DNA of 64,000 nucleotides from Pseudomonadales bacterium (GTDB lineage: Bacteria > Pseudomonadota > Gammaproteobacteria > Pseudomonadales > M0112). The stretch covers positions 29,688-93,687 of the forward strand of contig DATCSK010000015.1 in the NCBI GenBank assembly GCA_036568505.1, read 5' to 3'. Of the stretch, positions 59,701 to 64,000 are shown one piece after another. Within the stretch, counting starts at the first letter, position 1; each line of letters opens with the position of its first letter. The notes beneath the pieces were generated by a model. It saw nothing but the letters and a program-made list of their open reading frames with translations, was not told the DNA's origin and ran no database searches. The translations under genes were made by a program, and so were the position numbers.

Positions 59701-62082
59701 TCAGTGCACTCGCGTCAGGCGCATGGCATTGAGCATCACCAGCAATGAACTCGCCGACATGCCGATGGCAGCGAGCCACGGCGGCACCCAACCCATGGCG
59801 GCAAAAGGAATCACGCTGATATTGTACGCGGCGGCCCAGATCAGGTTTTGGCGAATCACGCGGCGTGTGCGTAGCGCGGTGCGGTGCGCAAGCAAGATCA
59901 GCCCAAGCGAGTCCTTCATCAATAGTGCATCGGATTGCAATCGTGCCAGCGGGGTAGCGCCGGCCATCGCAAAGGACACATCGGCCGTGCTCAATACCGC
60001 CGCATCATTGACGCCATCGCCGACCATCATCACGCGCGTGCCTTGGGTTTGCTCATCAATAATGGCGCGTTGTTTGTCTTCCGGGCTGGCACCGGTTTGT
60101 ACTGAATCCATTTGCAATTGCCGGGCGAGCTGTGTGCCATACGCCGAGCGATCACCGGTTAATAGGCCGGTGCTGATGCCCAGCGTTTTTAATGACGCGA
60201 TGGTTTTGGCGGCATCGTCGCGCAGGCGATCCTGCAATGAAAACCATGCAAGCACCTGCTGCGAATCGGCCAGGCCAATCCAGTGTGCTTGCTCGTCAGG
60301 CGCATTGGCTTGAATGAAGGCCGGCTGCCCCAAGCGGTAGGCGATGCCATGAACACGACCGGACACGCCCATGCCGCTGTGTTGCTGAACATCACTGGCC
60401 GATATCGGTGTGGTGGATTGAAATGCATGCGCAATGGGGTGATTGCTGCCTTGCTCCAGCGATGCGGCAATCTGTAAGCATTCGCCCTCGTTGAGTGTGC
60501 CGTGGATGCGTGTGTCGGTAATGATCAACCGGCCTTCGGTCAGGGTGCCGGTTTTGTCAAACAGTGCGCGTTGAATGCGCGGCAAGGTTTCGAGCACATG
60601 GGCGCGGGTAATGAGCACACCTTGTTGTGCCAGTGCATAAGTGGCCGCGGTGAGTGCGGTGGGCGTGGCCAGCGATAGTGCGCAGGGGCAGCTGGCCACC
60701 AACACGGCCAGTGTGGTGGCCATGGTTTGATCAATGCCGCTGGGCCACCAAAACGTGGCGGTGGCCATGGCGCAGGCCAGAACAAACAGTACAAACGTGC
60801 TGGAAAGCCGGTCGGCCAATTGCACGGTTGCCGGTTTGGCGGACAGTGCGTGCTGCAAATGCTGTTGCATCAACGCAACGCGTGACTGTTGCTGACTGCT
60901 GCTCGCGCGCAGCGTGAGAATTTGTTCGTGGTTGATGGTGCCGGCGAGCACGGTATCGCCCGGGCCGCGATCAACCGGTATCGATTCGCCAGTGAGGACG
61001 GCTTCGCTGATGCTGCTTTGCCCGCGCAGAATAATGCCATCGACCGGAATCGCCTCGCCCGGCAAGACTTGCACCATATCACCGGCCTGCAGACTGAGGG
61101 CCGGCACGCTATCGGCCTGCGTACTGTCGATATGGGCAAGGCGATGCGCCTGCCAGGGCAGGCTGCCACTGCGAACCAAGCTTTGTTGGCGATTGCGATG
61201 CCGCAGGCGCATTTCAAGATGCCGGCCGGCCAATAATAAAAACGTAAACATGGCCACGGAGTCGAAATACACATGCGTGCTGTGCGCGAGCGTGCCAATG
61301 ACCGAAGCAACAAACGCACCGGCAATGGCCAGGGCCACCGGTAAATCCATGGTGGCCGCACCTTGTCGCAAGCCGTTGATGGCGTTGCGATAGAACGGCC
61401 AAGCCGACCAGGTTGCGACCGGAAAGGTAAACAACAAACTGACCCAGCGAAACAACTCACGCCATTCCGGGTCCATGTCGCCGTCGCCCGCATAGAGGGC
61501 GGCTGCCAACATGCCGGTCTGCATCATCGCCAAGCCGGCGATGCCCAAGCGTTGCAGGCTACTGCGGTTTTCGCGTTGCTGCAGTGCAAGGAGTGCTTCC
61601 GGATGCCACGGGCTCACGCCATAACCGAGTTGCTCCACGCCGTGCGCAATGCTGCCGGCGGTTTGCAGTGCGGCATCCCAATGCAGCACCAGGGATTGAT
61701 CGGCCAAGCTGACGGTGGCTGTTTTAATGCCGGGCAGGGTGTTCAGGCGTGATTCAATGAGCCAGGCACAGGCGGCGCAATGCAGGCCTTCAATCGCAAA
61801 GCGGGCACTGCATTGACCGTCGGGCTCTTGCTGCACCAGTTGGCGCTGGAATGCCGGGTTATCAAAAGGGTGCTTGTCAGGCGTCGGGCTATCGGGCCGG
61901 TTACCGGGTGTTTCACGAAGGCGGTAATAATCCTCGAGACCGCTTTGATGAATGATCTCGGCCACGCTGCGGCAGGCAGGGCAGCAGAACCATCGCATCT
62001 CGCCATCCATCGCAAGCGACCAGTCGCTGCCCGCAGGGATGGGCAGTGAACAGTGATAACAGTCTGTGCGACTGGCGCTCAT
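59701..62082 (-). CDS. ccoI: Cu-translocating P1B ATPase CcoI
   Basis: CYHC, FCCPAC, HCAAC, LTGES, SCPCAL, FDKTGTLT, GDGVND. Confidence 0.93.
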   Translation of the reverse strand: MSASRTDCYHCSLPIPAGSDWSLAMDGEMRWFCCPACRSVAEIIHQSGLEDYYRLRETPGNRPDSPTPDKHPFDNPAFQRQLVQQEPDGQCSARFAIEGLHCAACAWLIESRLNTLPGIKTATVSLADQSLVLHWDAALQTAGSIAHGVEQLGYGVSPWHPEALLALQQRENRSSLQRLGIAGLAMMQTGMLAAALYAGDGDMDPEWRELFRWVSLLFTFPVATWSAWPFYRNAINGLRQGAATMDLPVALAIAGAFVASVIGTLAHSTHVYFDSVAMFTFLLLAGRHLEMRLRHRNRQQSLVRSGSLPWQAHRLAHIDSTQADSVPALSLQAGDMVQVLPGEAIPVDGIILRGQSSISEAVLTGESIPVDRGPGDTVLAGTINHEQILTLRASSSQQQSRVALMQQHLQHALSAKPATVQLADRLSSTFVLFVLACAMATATFWWPSGIDQTMATTLAVLVASCPCALSLATPTALTAATYALAQQGVLITRAHVLETLPRIQRALFDKTGTLTEGRLIITDTRIHGTLNEGECLQIAASLEQGSNHPIAHAFQSTTPISASDVQQHSGMGVSGRVHGIAYRLGQPAFIQANAPDEQAHWIGLADSQQVLAWFSLQDRLRDDAAKTIASLKTLGISTGLLTGDRSAYGTQLARQLQMDSVQTGASPEDKQRAIIDEQTQGTRVMMVGDGVNDAAVLSTADVSFAMAGATPLARLQSDALLMKDSLGLILLAHRTALRTRRVIRQNLIWAAAYNISVIPFAAMGWVPPWLAAIGMSASSLLVMLNAMRLTRVH

Positions 62083-62083
62083 C

Positions 62084-62587
62084 TCAAGGGACAATACGCG
62101 CGTCACTGCCTGTGCGCCAGCGTCCGCGGATGCGCCATGAAGGGATTTCATCGGGCAGTGATTCAATGTTCACATACCAATGATTAATGTCGGCAATCGG
62201 TAACGGGCCGGTACGGGCCACGCCGTCTTCGAGCAAGACGATGCGGGTGATATCGGCATCATCGCGCGTCGGGTGGTGCAAGGTCATCTGAACGCGTTCG
62301 GGCAGCGGGGTGGTGGCCGTCAGCGTCACGATCAGGCCTTGCTCGCCATCGGGTTTGATGAACGCCTGAAGCCCCAGGTCTCGGGCCGCCGTGTCGCGTT
62401 CCTGCAATTGGTTGATGGCCATGCCGTCTTTATACCAGTCGCCGCTGACAACCGGATCGGTGTGCCGGATGGCAATGACAATGGTAATGATGCAGGCGAT
62501 CACGGCCGTGGCCGGCAAGCCGATCAAAAGCCACGGCCAAAATTGCCGGTACCACGGTTGTCCTGCGTGTATTTTCATCCTGCTCAC
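62084..62587 (-). CDS. ccoH: FixH/CcoH family protein
   Basis: PWYRQFWPWLLI, D.YK.GMAIN, HPT...D. Confidence 0.9.
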   Translation of the reverse strand: MSRMKIHAGQPWYRQFWPWLLIGLPATAVIACIITIVIAIRHTDPVVSGDWYKDGMAINQLQERDTAARDLGLQAFIKPDGEQGLIVTLTATTPLPERVQMTLHHPTRDDADITRIVLLEDGVARTGPLPIADINHWYVNIESLPDEIPSWRIRGRWRTGSDARIVP

Positions 62588-63984
62588 ATCGGGCCGATAA
62601 ATCGGCTTTCACGGGTTTTGTGTAATTGCGGGTTGTCTTCGGCCTGCAATAAAAATTCGATGCTTTTGCTGCCTTGTGCGGCATCCACATGGCTTTCGAG
62701 GCGCACCGGTAAATCACGGACTTCGCCGGCCTCCAGTGTAATCGGCAAATCGGCTTTCAGATTGGCTTCGATGCCTTCGACCGTCAGCGTGAAGCGGTGC
62801 GCGGTACGATCCATGTTCATGATGCGCAGAGTATAAACATTCTCTACCGTGCCGGTATCGGTTTCGATGAACAACCGGGTGCGGTCACGGATAACATCAA
62901 AACCAACCGGCGAGCGGGTCACCAGTGAATAGACGAGTAATGTCGACATGGCCAAAATGGCAACGGCATAGCCCACCGGCTTTAAGCGCAGCCAATGATG
63001 CTTTTCGCCGTTGAGTTGATGCTCGGTGGTGTAGCGGATCAATCCGCGCGGGTAATGCATTTTATCCATGACGGAGTCGCAAGCATCAATGCACAGTGCG
63101 CAGGTAATGCACTGGTATTGCAGGCCGTTGCGAATGTCGATGCCGGTGGGGCAGACCTGCACGCATAACTCGCAATCAATGCAGTCGCCCTGACCGCCGC
63201 TGCCGCGTTCGGCATCGCGCTTGCGCGAGCCGCGGGGTTCGCCGCGTGCGGCATCGTAAGACACAATCAAGGTGTCTTTATCGAACATCACGGATTGGAA
63301 TCGCGCATAAGGGCACATGTACATGCACACTTGTTCGCGCAGCCAGCCGGCGTTGATGTAAGTGGTCCAGGTAAAAAAGCCGATCCAGAAAATAGCCCAA
63401 GGGTGCAGATCAAGTCGAATGATGTCCCAGACCAATTCCGGCGCGGGAATAAAATAAGCAATGAAGGTAAATCCGGTCGCAAAGGCTACCGTGATCCACA
63501 TGCTGTGTTTTAAATATTTGCGCAGAAACTTGTTCATTGACCAGGGCGCCTGATCAAGCTTGATGCGTTGATTGCGGCTGCCTTCGGTTTTCTGCTCAAT
63601 CCACATGAAAATGGCAGTCCACACCGTTTGCGGGCAGGTGTAACCACACCATACGCGGCCGGCAATCGAGGTGACAAAGAACAGGCCGAACGCCGCAATC
63701 ACCAAAAACCACGCCAGAAAACGAAAATCCTGCGGCCAGAAAGTCATTGTTAACAAATGAAATTGCCGCGCCGGAATATCAAAATGCACCAAGGGATCGC
63801 CGTTCCAGCTCATCCACGGAATACTGAAATAGGCAATCAGGATCGGCCAGCCGGTGTAGAGCCGTATTTTTTGAAAGAAGCCTTCGATGGCGCGGGTGTA
63901 GATTTTTTCGCGACGCTGATAAAGATCGACCTCGCTGACTTCAGCGGGTGCGAGGTTCTCAAGTGGTATGCGATCATCCGTCAT
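62584..63984 (-). CDS. ccoG: cbb3 oxidase accessory protein CcoG
   Basis: GRVWCGYTCPQT, CMYMCPY, CIDCELCVQVCPTGIDIR, CITCALCIDAC. Confidence 0.96.
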   Translation of the reverse strand: MTDDRIPLENLAPAEVSEVDLYQRREKIYTRAIEGFFQKIRLYTGWPILIAYFSIPWMSWNGDPLVHFDIPARQFHLLTMTFWPQDFRFLAWFLVIAAFGLFFVTSIAGRVWCGYTCPQTVWTAIFMWIEQKTEGSRNQRIKLDQAPWSMNKFLRKYLKHSMWITVAFATGFTFIAYFIPAPELVWDIIRLDLHPWAIFWIGFFTWTTYINAGWLREQVCMYMCPYARFQSVMFDKDTLIVSYDAARGEPRGSRKRDAERGSGGQGDCIDCELCVQVCPTGIDIRNGLQYQCITCALCIDACDSVMDKMHYPRGLIRYTTEHQLNGEKHHWLRLKPVGYAVAILAMSTLLVYSLVTRSPVGFDVIRDRTRLFIETDTGTVENVYTLRIMNMDRTAHRFTLTVEGIEANLKADLPITLEAGEVRDLPVRLESHVDAAQGSKSIEFLLQAEDNPQLHKTRESRFIGPM

Positions 63985-64000
63985 TGCTACACGCCTCATG

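Noticed and set aside
59420-60313. 297-aa plus-strand ORF opposite ccoI/ccoS, and similar shadows such as 5228-5998, 10102-10788 and 50242-50928
   Set aside because: They overlap well-supported genes on the other strand and show no protein-family signal

Overview
The window is a gene-dense chromosomal segment of a Gammaproteobacterium; the gene order resembles Pseudomonadales/Cellvibrionales (inference). Positions 1-26.5 kb are conserved housekeeping genes: guaBA-tadA, mltF, purL, secDF, suhB, trmJ, the iscRSUA-hscBA-fdx-iscX cluster and ndk-rlmN-pilW-ispG-hisS-yfgM-bamB-der. Three usual members (yajC, cysE, rodZ) are absent from their normal slots. At 26.5-30 kb are a group III truncated hemoglobin, a stand-alone STAS protein and an SbtA-family bicarbonate permease translationally coupled to purE-purK. 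At 31-39.7 kb is an actinobacterial-type sterol side-chain degradation cluster: a split Rv3521-like DUF35 pair, ltp4, ltp3, fadD19-like, echA19-like and an AMACR-like racemase. At 39.7-53 kb are lipid, pilus-motor, repair and envelope genes (thiolase, GlxA regulator, fabY, a divergent pilU/pilB-like pair, ogt/alkD, eptC-like). At 53-64 kb is a microaerobic block (fnr, hemN, ompW, ccoGHIS) with several FNR boxes and an inserted GT-C-like membrane protein. I saw no rRNA, tRNA, CRISPR array or mobile element. All calls come from motif recognition by eye; no database searches were run.
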